Shown here piece after piece: positions 25,019 to 37,085 of a DNA stretch of 64,000 nt. A program made the position numbers and the translations under genes. The DNA is taken from contig NC_085842.1 of the NCBI RefSeq assembly GCF_035594765.1, forward strand, positions 33,828,782 to 33,892,781. The letters are read 5' to 3'. Numbering within the stretch: the stretch's first letter is position 1; every line of letters begins with the position of its first letter. A model generated the notes under the pieces. It searched no databases and was not told the DNA's origin. It was given only the letters and a program-made list of their open reading frames with translations. The DNA comes from Anolis carolinensis. Lineage: Eukaryota.

Positions 25019-25210
25019 CAGGCAAGGGCCAACTTGGGCCCTCCAGGTGTTTTGGACTCCAACTCCCAGCATGCCTCACAGCCTCAGGCCCTTTTCTTTT
25101 CCCCTCAGCCGCTTCAGCGGCTGAGGGGAAAAGAAAAGGGCCTGAGGCTGTGAGGCATGCTGGGAGTTGGAGTCCAAAACACCTGGAGGGCCCAAGTTGG
25201 CCCATACCTG
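25019..25210. mobile_element. Palindromic hAT MITE in JAGN1 intron
   Basis: Near-perfect inverted repeat, same family as 12310-12503. Confidence 0.9.
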
Positions 25211-25439
25211 AGATAGCATATGTTCTGTATCTCAATAACTATGGCTGCTAGTGGGAAACATTTTTGGAATTTTCAGGTCAAATATACTCAGAAACAGGGC
25301 AACATTGGAGGCATCAAAATATGTGTTGGCCAGTGTAATATAAACGGTAATGTACAGGTGGATATAGTGTACTGTATCTGGATTTCAGTAAGGCCTTCAG
25401 CAAGGTCTCCCAAGACCTTCTGGCAAACAAACTAGTCAA

Positions 25440-26660
25440 ATACAGGCTAGGCAAAATTACAGTTAGGTGGATCTATAATTGGTTAAGAGATCTAACCCAA
25501 TGCATCTTCTTCATCCTGGAAAGAATTGACAAGTGGAGTGCCATAAGCAGGGTTCCGTCCAGAAGACAGGAGCAGAATTCGAAACGGTCTTAGCAGTTTA
25601 CAGAGATGGGACAAAACTAGCAGAATGAACTTCAGCAGAGACAAATGCAATATACTCTACTTAGGCAGAAAAAATTAAATGCAGAGATAAAGAATGGAGG
25701 ACGCCTGGCTCAATATCAGTATGTGTGAAAAAGATCTTGGAGTCCTCATGAACAACAAGTTAAATATGAGTCAACAATTTGACGTGGCGGCAAAAAAGCG
25801 AAGGGATTATGGCCTGCATAAATATTTTTGGTTTTTTGTGTCAGGAGCAACCGGAGTTGCTTCTGGAGTGAGAGAATTGGCCGTCTGCAAGGACGTTGCC
25901 CAGGGGATGCCCGGATGTTTTACCATCCTTGTGGGAGGCTTCTCTCATGTCCCTGCATGGAGCTGGAGCTGATAGAGGGAGCTCATCCCCACTCTCCCCG
26001 GGTGGGATTCGAACTTGGCAGCCTTCAGGTCAGCAACCCAACCTTCAAGTCACAAGGCTTTTATCCCCTAGACCATCGGAGGCTCCGCCTGCATAAATAG
26101 GAGTATAGAGTCTAGATCCAGGAAAGTCATGCTACCCCTGTATTCTGCCTTGGTCAGACCACACCTGGAATCACACTGTGTCCAATTCTGGGCACCGCAG
26201 CTGAAGGGAGATGTGGACAAGCTGGAAAGTGTCCAGAGGAAGGCGACTAAAATGATCAAGGGTCTGGAGAACAAGCTTCATGGGGAGTGGCTTAAAGAGC
26301 TGGGCATGTTTAGCCTGCAGAAGAGAAGGAGACATGAGGGCTATGTATAAATATGTGAGGGGAAGTCATAGGGAGGCGGGAACAGGCTTGTTTTCTGCTG
26401 CCCTGCAGATGAGGATGCAAAACAATGGTTTCAAACTACAGGAAAGGAGATTCCACCTGAACATTAGGAAGAACTTCCTCACTGTGAGAGCTGTTCAGCA
26501 GTGGAACTCTCTGCCCGGAATGTTGTGGAGGTTCCTTCTTTGGAAGCTTTTAAGCAAAGGCTGGATGGTCATCTGTCGGGGATGCTTTGAATGCATTTTT
26601 CCTGCTTCTTGGCAGGGAGTTGGACTGGATGGCTCACAAGGTCTCTTCCAACTCTATGAT
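25440..26660 (+). mobile_element. CR1 LINE 3' fragment (degenerate RT C-terminus)
   Basis: [39 protein letters not shown]; ttccaactctatgatt tail. Confidence 0.92.
25825..26086 (-). mobile_element. SINE with Sauria-like head and Vingi-like tail, inserted in CR1
   Basis: 13-bp TSD gcctgcataaata at 25812-25824 and 26087-26099; related copies ~5170-5365, 57417-57661 and 62900-63065. Confidence 0.8.
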
Positions 26661-27327
26661 TGAGAGGTTTTCTTGGTGGCCACCTGAGGCTTTGGAATTC
26701 CCTCCCCAGGGAGATTTAAAAGGCATCCTCAGGCAACAGCTAAATACCTTCCTTTTTAAACAAGACTTCAGCTAATAAATCTAGGCTCAAGTCGAGAAGG
26801 TTAATATCCCTTGGTGGTATGAGGTGTAATAAGACTTGATTTGACAAATGGCCACAATAATGTATTTCAGTTTTAAATGCTTATTTATGTTTATGTTTTA
26901 AATTGTTGATAGTTGAATACTTGGATGCAGAATCCGTAAATAAGGAGGGTTAGCAGTCTTTAATAGGCCATCTTCTTTCACAGTCTTTAATGGTTCACTT
27001 TATTTCACATTTTCTCTCTTTCTTTCTATACAATGGTATAGTAAAAGGTGCTCCTTATATAAAATAGCAAAATCAAGGTTTACTTTTGGAATTGCCATAT
27101 TTATTTGATTCTAAGGCCCCTTCACTGCTATATAATTCAAATTATCTGATTTGAACTGGATTATATGTGTCTACAGTGCCATATAATACAGTTCAAAACA
27201 GATAATCTGGATTTTATATGGCAGTGTAGAAGAGGTCTAAAACATCATCCATTGTAAAACGCACACTACTTTCAGTACCACCAACAGAAAAAGGCTATAT
27301 GTGTATGTATATATATAGAGGTACCTT

Positions 27328-27635
27328 AAAGATCCAACCAGTCCATACTCCAGGAAATAATGCCCAATTGCGCACTGGAGGGAAGGATATTAGAGGCAAA
27401 GATGAAGTGCTTTGGCCACATCATGAAAAGACAGGAAGGCTTAGAGACGATAATGATCCTAGGGAAAATGGAAAGAAAAAGGAAGAGGGGCCGACCAAGG
27501 GTAAAATGGATGGATGGTATCCTTGAAGTGACTGGCTTGACCTTGAAGGAGCTGGGGGTGGCGACAGCTGATAGCGAGCGCTGGCGTGGCCTGGTCACGA
27601 AGAGTCAGAAGTAACTGAATGAATAAACAGCAACA
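27328..27635 (+). mobile_element. BovB/RTE LINE 3' end
   Basis: LEGRILEAKMKCFGHIMKR...LGKME.KRKRGRP..KWMDG. Confidence 0.88.
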
Positions 27636-28186
27636 AAACACACACATATATAGAGAGAGAAAGCGAGAGGCAGGTACCTGTGATGATACACCTTGTTTTT
27701 AAAGATGTTCATGTGTGGGATAAAGTGCATCTTAGAATCAAATAATTCTGCACAGAAAAATTCAAGCTGTAGATGCACAGTTTGTGGATATGGGTAGCTT
27801 ACTGTATCTTGAACATTGTCTATTGTTCACCTTTTTCCCTTCTTTGCTTCACATAGCATGACCCTCAATCCGGACACATACACGTGTGTGTATGTGTGTA
27901 TGTTAAAGCTGTGGATGGTTGAATACATGGATGCAGAATCCGTGGACATGGAGAGCGTATTGTATCCTGAATACCGTATTTCTTCAATTCTAAGGCTCAT
28001 TTTCTTGCCTATATAAACACATTTAAAAATGGGGAGCATCTTAGAATTGCAGGTGTATGTTATGTATTTTTGTTAGGGTACTGAAATTAGGGTGCATCTT
28101 GCAATTGATGTTGTCTTACAGATGATGAAATACGTGCCATATTTCCATGGTTTGCCTTATTTCTTTCTCTGTTTGCTTCCCAACAG

Positions 28187-28649
28187 TGTCTCCCTCAAGT
28201 CTGAGATCAAGAAGCTGATCTACATGCAGGTGGCTCTGTGGCTACTGGTGGCGGCGCAGATGTGTGTGGCACATTTCAAGCTCTTATCGCACGACCAGGT
28301 GGCCATGCCTTACCAGTGGGAATACCCCTACCTCCTCAGCATCATCCCTTCACTCTTTGGCTTTCTCTCCTTCCCCCGGAACAACATCAGCTACCTGGTC
28401 ATCTCCATGATCAGCACCGGCCTATTCTCAGTGGCTCCCCTCATCTACGGCAGCATGGAGATGTTCCCCATGGCGCAGCAGCTCTACCGCCATGGCAAAG
28501 CCTACCGCTTCATTTTTGGCTTTTCTGCTGTCTCGGTCATGTACCTGCTAATCGTGGTGGCTGTGCAGGTTCATGGCTGGCAGCTTTATTACAGCAAGAA
28601 GCTCCTGGACTCCTGGTTCACCAGCACACAGGAGAAGAAGAAGAAATGA
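28187..28649 (+). CDS. JAGN1: JAGN1 exon 2 (multi-pass ER membrane protein ending in KKKK di-lysine motif)
   Basis: cccaacag acceptor; ORF 28092..28649; 89+463 nt = 183 aa + stop. Confidence 0.97.
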
Positions 28650-30065
28650 ACATATGCTGGGGAGTTGCATGCCCGCAACGCTGCCTTGGGGCCAAGGGTG
28701 GGAGCAAGGGGGTGCCCTCCCCAAGCAGAGGGGGAGAGGGGCTGTCGGGGGTTCTTGGTCATCCCCACCCAGGCAAGTGGAGGTGCAATGGAAGCTAAGT
28801 GAACATTGCATCGTTTGTCGGTTTCTTCCAGTCCGTCCACTCTGGTAAAAGGTGGGAGATACAAACTAGGACAACCCTGCCTTGGGACCAGTTTATGGGA
28901 TTCCTCAATCCATATGATGCTAGGACACTTGAAAGGGACAATGCCAACTGCAGCCAACATGGGTGGATGAGGGAGAACACAGTCTCTTGTTGGTTTGTAG
29001 AAACATTGACTTGTGCCAGGCAGCTTTAAACTTGGGAACAGCTTAGGAAGATTACTTTTCTTTTGGATAATGAGTTCATCTGCACTGTAGAATGAATGCA
29101 ATTTTACACCACTCTTAACTGCCATGACTCAGTGCTAGGTGAAGGATTGCAAAGAATGCTGGTGTCTCCCCATCCTACTGAGCCATGATAATTAAAGTGG
29201 CTCCAAACTGCATTAATTCTACAGTGTAGATGCACCCCTAATGAAAATAAAGCCCACACTCTCTAAAAGTTTTGAATTAAAATTTTGCTCAACCAGAAGT
29301 GCATCTCCACCAGAATGAATACAGTTTGACATCACTTTAACTACCGCTCCATGCTATGAAATAATAGAAGTTGTAGTTTTACAAAGTCTTCAGCTTTCTC
29401 TGCCAAAGAGTGCCGGTGCCTCATCAAATGAGACATCCCATAATTCCATAGCATTGAGCCATGGCTGTTAAAAGTGGCACCAAACTGCATTTGTTCTGTG
29501 ATATAAACATCTTGTCACTCACAGAATTCCTCAGTGCAAGAATTTTGGGATTTGTAGTCAAATTGTTCTAATTTCCCCTAAGCTATTAAGTAGTCATTTT
29601 CTGTCATAAACAGTGTTGCAGAAATGCAGTTGGATAGGAAAGCATGGTGTGGTTGGGGATCCCTTGCGCCCACTTGATCTATTAGAAATGTTTCAGCCCT
29701 CTCCCACACCAAAGGAAGGGTGCTGCATACAATTCTATAGCTGAGGTAGCACCTCTTCCTTGCTCTGGTGGAAGGAATACTTCCTTGCTTCACTGCAAAG
29801 AAATTAAAGCAGCCATTGCCAAGCAGTCAGGTTTTACTCTTTCCACCTCCCTGCCATTTCCACTCATGTATGCCAATTGCAGAATAACTAACTGTGCCTC
29901 CCCATGCTAGTCTTACTTTCCCTATTTATGCAGGCTACCCTGACAAATGCCCCCCTCCACTTTGCCTTTTCTTCAGGCAGCCAGTGGCTCACAGGCAGTG
30001 GCTGCCACTTCGTTCCTTGCTAATGGGCTTTAGACCTTGCTCCCTACCTGTGCACATCTGTACCA

Positions 30066-30071
30066 AATAAA
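30066..30071 (+). terminator. Candidate JAGN1 poly(A) signal AATAAA (alternative at 29246-29251)
   Basis: AATAAA followed by GU/U-rich sequence. Confidence 0.5.
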
Positions 30072-30497
30072 GAGCTAACATGAAATCTTGCAGCTGGGTC
30101 TTTTGTGAATGGAGGGGCTGGCCAACTGCTGCATCTAGTTGCTGCTATGTTTCTCCCCCTCTTTGCTATTCATTGAATATTTCCAAAAGTTCTACTGATG
30201 TTTTATTAAGCTCTGTTAAGTAAACACACCAATCCATCAATCCACAGCAGAATTAACCAGTAGCAAATGCCCACGTAGACAGAAGATACAACCCAGTACA
30301 AATAGATGGTGCACACGAATTGTTACTCAGCTATAAATCAAAGCCAGGATTTAGAGACAAAATTAATGGATTTTGATATGGCCTATGGATAAGTTGAGGG
30401 TCATTCTACAGAGGGGAAACAATGTCTTGGGTATTAAGATGCCAGAAATGACACCATGGCAGAGAAAGTAGAAAGGCTGGTACTTCGTTTATAAATA

Positions 30498-30836
30498 CAG
30501 TAGAGCCTCACTTATCCAACATAAACAGGCTGGCAGAACATTGGATAAGTGAATATGTTGGATAATAAGGAGGAATTAAGGAAAAGCCTATTAAACATCA
30601 AATTACATTATGATTGTACAAATTAAGCACCAAAACATGTTTTACAACAAATTTGACAGAAAAAGCAGTTCAATACACAGCAATGTTATGTAGCAATTAC
30701 TGTATTTATGAATTTAGCACCAAAACATAATGTCTTGAAAAGATTGACTATAAAAACATTGACTACTAAAAGGCAGACTGAGTTGGATAATCCAGAACGC
30801 TGGATAAACAAATGTTGGATAAGTGAGACTCTACTG
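30498..30836. mobile_element. Tc1/mariner (pogo/Tigger-like) MITE
   Basis: TIR cagtagag.ctcacttatcc, TA TSD. Confidence 0.88.
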
Positions 30837-31852
30837 TACTTGTAAGTTCTTGCCTCTTGCCACTTTACTCTGAGAAAAGGATGGTTCCTTTTATAAGAAG
30901 ACTTAAGGTACAGTATTCACATTGATCTGTGGATAAGGCAACTCAGGCTTTTCAGGTTGATTTTTGATTAAAATTTCTAGACTTATACATGAGTATATAG
31001 AGTACATTTATAGAAATGACTCATTCACCATCTGGTGATACACAAATATGAAGTGAGACAATAAAAGCCAGTGAATGTATTGCTTTTCCTGCCTTTGTTC
31101 TACTGCTGACAGATTGCTTCTGGAAGAAAACAAGGATTTTATTATACAATTCATGGAATTTTACAAGGGTCTATAATCGTATTTCACCTGTTAACTCTTG
31201 TGATTTCCCATCACATTTCCCATCTGTTTATCTTAACACAGAAAACTCAATAAATAAGGGAATATAGAACAGTTCCATACCTCATTAGAGCTATGAGTTT
31301 GTCCATAAACTTGTCTCTAGAACATGATAGGCTTCTTGAGTGGTGGGGGGAAAAATGGAATAATATGAAATCCTAGTATGAATGATCAGCATTTCAGATC
31401 AGCTACTCTGTAGTTCCAAGTGTTGCCAAAGAGGAACCTTTCAATTTGCTTCAAATATCATGGAGAAGGAAATTACAATGAAAAAATTCAAAGCCAGAAA
31501 ATGAAGTCTTGGGGATAAATGAGATGGTCTTGGGAAGCTGAGTTCCATTCTTTGACTTTGGGCCCTTCCACATAGCCATATAATCCAGAATATCAAGGCA
31601 AAGAATACACAATATCTGCCTTGAACTGGATTGTCTGAGTTCACACTGTTATATAAACCAATTCAATGTGGATTTTATACAGTTGCGTTTCTTGCATCCT
31701 TCAACCAAGCCCAAGTACCAGCAGAATAGGATATAACTCTGATTTTGTTACTTTTTGCCTCTTTTCTTTGGAAATAGAAGCAGTATGTATCAGGCTGAGT
31801 TGGATGTTTCCTCTGGATTAAATACACAAACATGCATCCAGCAGCAGGCTAT

Positions 31853-32482
31853 TTAGTAGTCAATGCAATTTTTGGCCTTTGCGTTGGCCTGTTCAATAAG
31901 AGATGTATTGATGTCCGCTTTTTTGTTTATCCAGTTGACCTGTTTGTTTTGCTTATGAAGCACATTGCCCATCTCCAATGCCATATTTTTCAGATTCCCC
32001 AATATGTTTCCCACTTGAGTAAGATTCTCTTCTGTCTTACAATCTCTGGCATCATTTGCTTTCTGTGCTTTGCAACCTCTGCTTCTTGCTTCCAATAATT
32101 CTTTCTTCTTCAGATGCGTTACATACCTTGGTTGTTCAAATACTACATTGTGGTTTAAGTCCTCTTCATCATCCAAAATTGTCTTGCAGGGTTTCCTTCC
32201 TGCTTTCTTCCTGTTCTTGGAAGGACAGACGTTGAGGCCACAGCATTTGCTGAGCTCCATCAAGCTCTTCTCTGCTTCTTTCACATCTTTCTCTATATGG
32301 TCCATGCTTCCTTCTATACGATTCAGCTGTTCCCCTTGTTCATCCAGCATAGAGATGATTTTGATCCCTGCATCTTGGCATTCAGAAGCCAAGAGACAAA
32401 TCCTCTCAGAGCATTCTAAAGATTCATCTTTAAGCTGATGGATCTTCAGTTGAATTTCTTCAGATGACAATAACTCAGCCAT
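31853..32482 (-). CDS. SNAP23: Intronless SNAP23-like Qbc-SNARE (retrocopy), 209 aa, uninterrupted ORF
   Basis: ATG at 32482 in strong Kozak context (ATCatgG); colinear with SNAP23 end to end: EEIQ..DESLE, QDAGIK, MLDEQGEQLNRIE, KCCGL.VCP, NDAR..EENLTQVG.ILGNLK.MAL, ANA.AK..ID; no introns in CDS. Confidence 0.9.
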   Translation of the reverse strand: MAELLSSEEIQLKIHQLKDESLECSERICLLASECQDAGIKIISMLDEQGEQLNRIEGSMDHIEKDVKEAEKSLMELSKCCGLNVCPSKNRKKAGRKPCKTILDDEEDLNHNVVFEQPRYVTHLKKKELLEARSRGCKAQKANDARDCKTEENLTQVGNILGNLKNMALEMGNVLHKQNKQVNWINKKADINTSLIEQANAKAKNCIDY

Positions 32483-35400
32483 GATTGACATCAGTTTTTT
32501 TGAGATCACAAATGGGATCTTACATAGTTTCAGAGGTGAAAAGTCCTCCTTTCTAGCTTCAGCTTCTGGAGATCGACAAAGAATGGTTCCACTCAATGCA
32601 TAGGAACACGTCTCATTTCAGGTCTACAGGTGAAGCTTTCCTTGGCCGATTGCCTTCATCCTTTCCTCTCTGGTCCCTCGTTTAAATAGGTTACTAAATT
32701 ACGACATCCAAACAGCACCATCTGTCCTGTAAAATGAGACAGCATCCTAGCCTTTCTGGTTTTTAATCTTTTTTGTTATCAGAGCAGGCCGATTGTTTCC
32801 AGGCACCATTGAAAGTGACCTTTAAGGCTCAAATACAAAGATGCGTAAGAAGGTAGATCTGGAAAGACAGCTGGGAGATTTGCAGTGGATTGGCCATGAT
32901 TTATTACTGGCAGTAAATAACGTGAATCCTTTCCACCACCAGGTGAGTTAGCTGGCTGAAATGAAGATAGCTTGGAGTATCCAGGTATAATGTCGGTACA
33001 TTTTATTCATTTATCTTTTTATCCTACTCCCTTATTGTGAGATTTCAGAGCTGACTAAGACTGCTGGGAATTGCAGTCCAACAACAACTGGAAACCATGT
33101 CCTATGAGGAGCGGATGAAAACACCTGTAGAAGAGAAGGGATGTTTGTGTGTGTGAGAGAGGGTTCAGAGCCCGATTGTCAAGCTTTCCAGACTCTGACC
33201 CAATCAGAGGCAAGGTGGGAAATTTAATGAGCTGTCATTCATGGATTTGAAGTCTTGAGTCTGTTGTGAGTCCTTACCAAGTGCATCTGGGAGGAATGTG
33301 GTTTGATGGGTGGTTGATGGGTCCTGATGGTTCAGCGCCAGCAACCAGTGATTCACAACTTGTGGATCTCCAGATGTTTTGGCCTTCAAGTCTCAGAAAT
33401 CCTAACAGCTGGTAAACTGGCTGGGATTTCTGAGAGTTGTAGGCCAAAACACCTGGAGACCCAGAGGTTGAGAACCACTGAGCTAGACAAAGGAGGTGTC
33501 CGACGGTGGACAAAAGATGTTTAAGGCACAATTACATACAATGCAGGATTCACAGAGGGAGTCCAGATAGTGCTTTAGATGAGGCAACATTTCCAGGATA
33601 AAATTTTAGATCATATCAGATAAAGGTGGGAAACCTTTGTGTCTCTTCATGAGAAAACTCATAATGTGTCCTGGGATTTTTCCAGTGTACCGTGAGATGA
33701 TTATAATAATTATGAAGCCATTTCCCAAGGTCCTAAGGTGCAGTGGAAAAGATTACTAGCAGATAAGTAAAGGTCTGGTGCTTGTTAGCTATATATCTCT
33801 AAGGAGCCACAGATAACTCTATGTAACACAATGTTTGTTCCTGAGTTATAAATGTCACTTCCTAATTGTGTCTATCATAAAAACATGGGAAAAATTATTA
33901 AACTACAAAACTTTGTTTTTGTGGGACATCCTACAGCACATTTTCCTACAGGTTTTCAGTGGATATCTCATTGAGTCTCAACCAATTCAGCATAGTTTCT
34001 GGAGTATAACAACTATTTACAAAGTAAGTACCGCACAATTAAACAGAAACAACACTTTCAAACCAGGAACAAAAAATGTTTCAAATTTTGTTACATAGTA
34101 TAATCATTCATAATTTTGGGGTTGAGTTTTTGATAATAGTTCTACTTTGTAAATTACTCTTTTCAACTTCTGTATATTTAATATCTCTTTGCTTTTTAAA
34201 CTTTCCCTGAACCTTGCTGTTTCTCTAAGCATACATTCTTAATTGGATTACAATGAAATTGCCAATTGCATGACTTCCCATATTTTTAAAAGGTTACAAT
34301 TATGTAAACAGACCAGAGAATAGAGAACAAACACAGCCGTTTTCTAGGAAAACATTGGAAAGGCTGGTGTTTTTCCAAAAGTAACCTGGGGTTTATGTGC
34401 TGAAGATCCTTGGGGAATCCCCAAGGAATGAACAATGAAAGTACATCCTGCTCAATAGCAGAAGAAATCAGAACCTGAGACATTCACATCTCATGAGGCA
34501 AATAATCAGTTCCTTGTCTTTTGGGGTCCCATTTTCAATGACAACAGTAGTAAAAAAAACTGCATTAATTCGATAATAGAGATGTACCCATAGGTTTTTC
34601 ACTGGACAGTTAGATTATTCCTAGAGCATTTAACGTTGCATTTCATCTCTAAGTAAATATATCCTAGTGAACTCACCGGTACTTCAGGATATACATGTTT
34701 GCTTAAGCTGCACAGTCATTGGGGATCAAACCTTCTTTAGCCACCTCTTTAATCCTGTGTCTTTATTACCATCTTGAACTGCAGACAACAGCTGTTTCAT
34801 ATTTACTCCATGCAGCAAAAGCCAAGGGCTAAATCTGATTATTACTCCCCGTTGGACAAGAATATTAAATCAATGGGCTTTAATCAATCTAACTGTTGAC
34901 TTAGCATTCAACAATAAATCCAGTAAATCTACTGTAGTGGGAACCACAAACGGGCCCTAAAATATCGTAATTATTTTTTCATTACAAGCACAGTAACAGA
35001 CTGTGGCAGATTTGTGGGGTGTCACTTGTCAATTTCACTGACACTGAAGGTCTGACATCAGATATTTTCCCATTTAACACAAAAGTTTGTTCAGTGCAAG
35101 TACATAGCCTACTGGATAAGGGACAGAGCCATAGATCTAGAAATTTGTGACATGGGTTGGACCTACATAGTAGTATTAATACATTTTGACACCGCTTTAA
35201 CTGCCATGGCATAATGCTTTGGAATGCTTTGGATTTGCAGTTTGATGAGGCACTGTCACTTTTTGGGAGAGAAGGCTAAAGACCTTGTCAAACTACCAGT
35301 CCCACAATTCCACATTACTGAGCCAAGGCAGTTAAAGTGGTGTCCAGCTGCATTAATTCTACAGGGCAGATGCATCCTGAATGTTCCTAGTCTAAGGAAC

Positions 35401-35600
35401 CCCAACAAAATTCATGGAATCATCATATAAATAGAATAAATAACAAATAATGGAGATGGAGTAGGAAGAGGAGCAGCATCAGTAGCAGGTCAGGGGTTTT
35501 GAACACCAGCGGTTGGTCTTCTTCTGGGAGGTGTTTTGATAAGGTGAAGCTCTAGAGGAGGCATATAAAAGGAGCAATATGGCAAGAGATGAGATGTATC

Positions 35601-35652
<52 letters not shown>
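35601..35652. repeat. (AAT)n microsatellite (tail of an antisense L2/SINE 3' end)
   Basis: Direct reading; similar tract at 18193-18230. Confidence 0.95.
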
Positions 35653-35655
<3 letters not shown>

Positions 35656-36479
35656 CTTTATTTTTATACCCCGCCTCTATCTCGCCAAAGGGGACTCAGG
35701 GCGGCTTACATGGGGCCAAGCCCGAATAAAAACAATAGCAATATAAAACACAATAATAGACAAAAAACATGCACAATTATAAAAAAATGTAAACATTAGC
35801 CAGTAAAAACATAAGCAAGGGACTACTTGGTTACTGTCATGTAGGACAGTGGTTCTCAACCTGCAGGTCCCCAGATGTTTTGTCCTTCAGCTCCCAGAAA
35901 TCCTAACAGTTGGTAAACTGGCTGGGATTTCTGGGTGTTGTAGGCCAAAACACCTGGGGACCCACAGGTTGAGAACCACTGCTGTAGGAGAATGTGCTTC
36001 TTCCCATGAGATGCTTATGACATATGCATTTCTTGCTTCTAAAGATTCATGGCAACAGCCACTTACCAGAGTATTATTGTACCAGTATCCTTGACCAAGG
36101 GGAATCCAGACCTCCACCTTGGCACAGTGGGAGGAAGGCTATGTCTATCCTGAGAATGATAAGTGGGTTTGCAGGAGTTCTGGAAACAGAGCACAAGTTA
36201 GAGAGGGAAGAGAGGTGAAATTTCAGATGGTAAGTAAGGGCTACTCTGGACAAGTTCTTTTCTAGCTCAGCCTCCATTTCCCATGATGTCTTTTTGAGTT
36301 GCAATCTTGGCAGCTCCTTCATCTGGTTATGTATAAAGAGGAGACGAGTAGAGGGTGGAGAGGAAAGAAGGGGGAAGGAGAGAATGAGAGGGAAAGGAGG
36401 AAGAGGAGAAGGAGAAAGAGCAGAGAAGGAGAGAAGGAAAAGGTTACTTTGTTGAACACAGGATCCCTCACCCCAAAAT

Positions 36480-37085
36480 ATTTATTTTTTATTTATTTAC
36501 CACACTTATACCTCGTCCTTCTCACCCTGAAGGGGACTCAGAGTGGCCTTACAAAGGCAAGAATTCGATGCCACAAATATACATATTGGTAAATAAATAA
36601 CACATTAAAAACCTAACAGTTAAAAAGATATCAACATTAAAAAAACAGTTAAAATCATGCAATCCAATTGTACTCCAGGGCCATTCCATTCATCATTGTG
36701 TTATTTCATCATTTCTTATTGTACTGTTTTTATTACTGACTAAAGGTTTGGTTCCAAAGCCACATTTTTAGCTTTTTCCTGAAGGTCAGGAGGGAGGGAG
36801 CTGATCTAATATCTCTGGAGAGAGATTTCCATCGATGAGGGGCCACCACTGAGAAGGCCCTGTCTCGTGTCCCCACCAATCTCACCTCCTCTGGCGATCT
36901 TAGTCTACGAGGTGGATCATAGAGGGAAATACATTCGGACAGGTAAGCTGGGCCAGAACTGTTTAGGGCTTTATGAGCTAAAACCAACACTTTGAATTAT
37001 GCTCGGTAGCAGACTGGCAGCCAGTGGAGATGCTGTAACAGGTGGGTTGTATGCTCCCTGTACGCTGCTATTCGGGATGTAGCAA
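36480..37085 (-). mobile_element. L2 LINE 3' fragment
   Basis: HKALNSSGPAYL...RDRAFSVVAP..W..L..DIRSAPSLLTFRKKLK; gagtcccc.tc.gggtgagaag tail. Confidence 0.88.

Noticed and set aside
28092-28186. N-terminal part of the 185-aa ORF
   Set aside because: Intronic read-through upstream of the JAGN1 exon 2 acceptor
28238-29125. Long overlapping ORFs (186 aa +, 178 aa -)
   Set aside because: Alternative-frame or antisense shadows of the GC-rich JAGN1 exon and UTR; no recognisable protein
32483-32596. 38-aa N-terminal extension of the SNAP23-like ORF in the ORF track
   Set aside because: Starts at TTG; homology and the strong Kozak ATG begin at 32482 (a weaker in-frame ATG lies at 32491)
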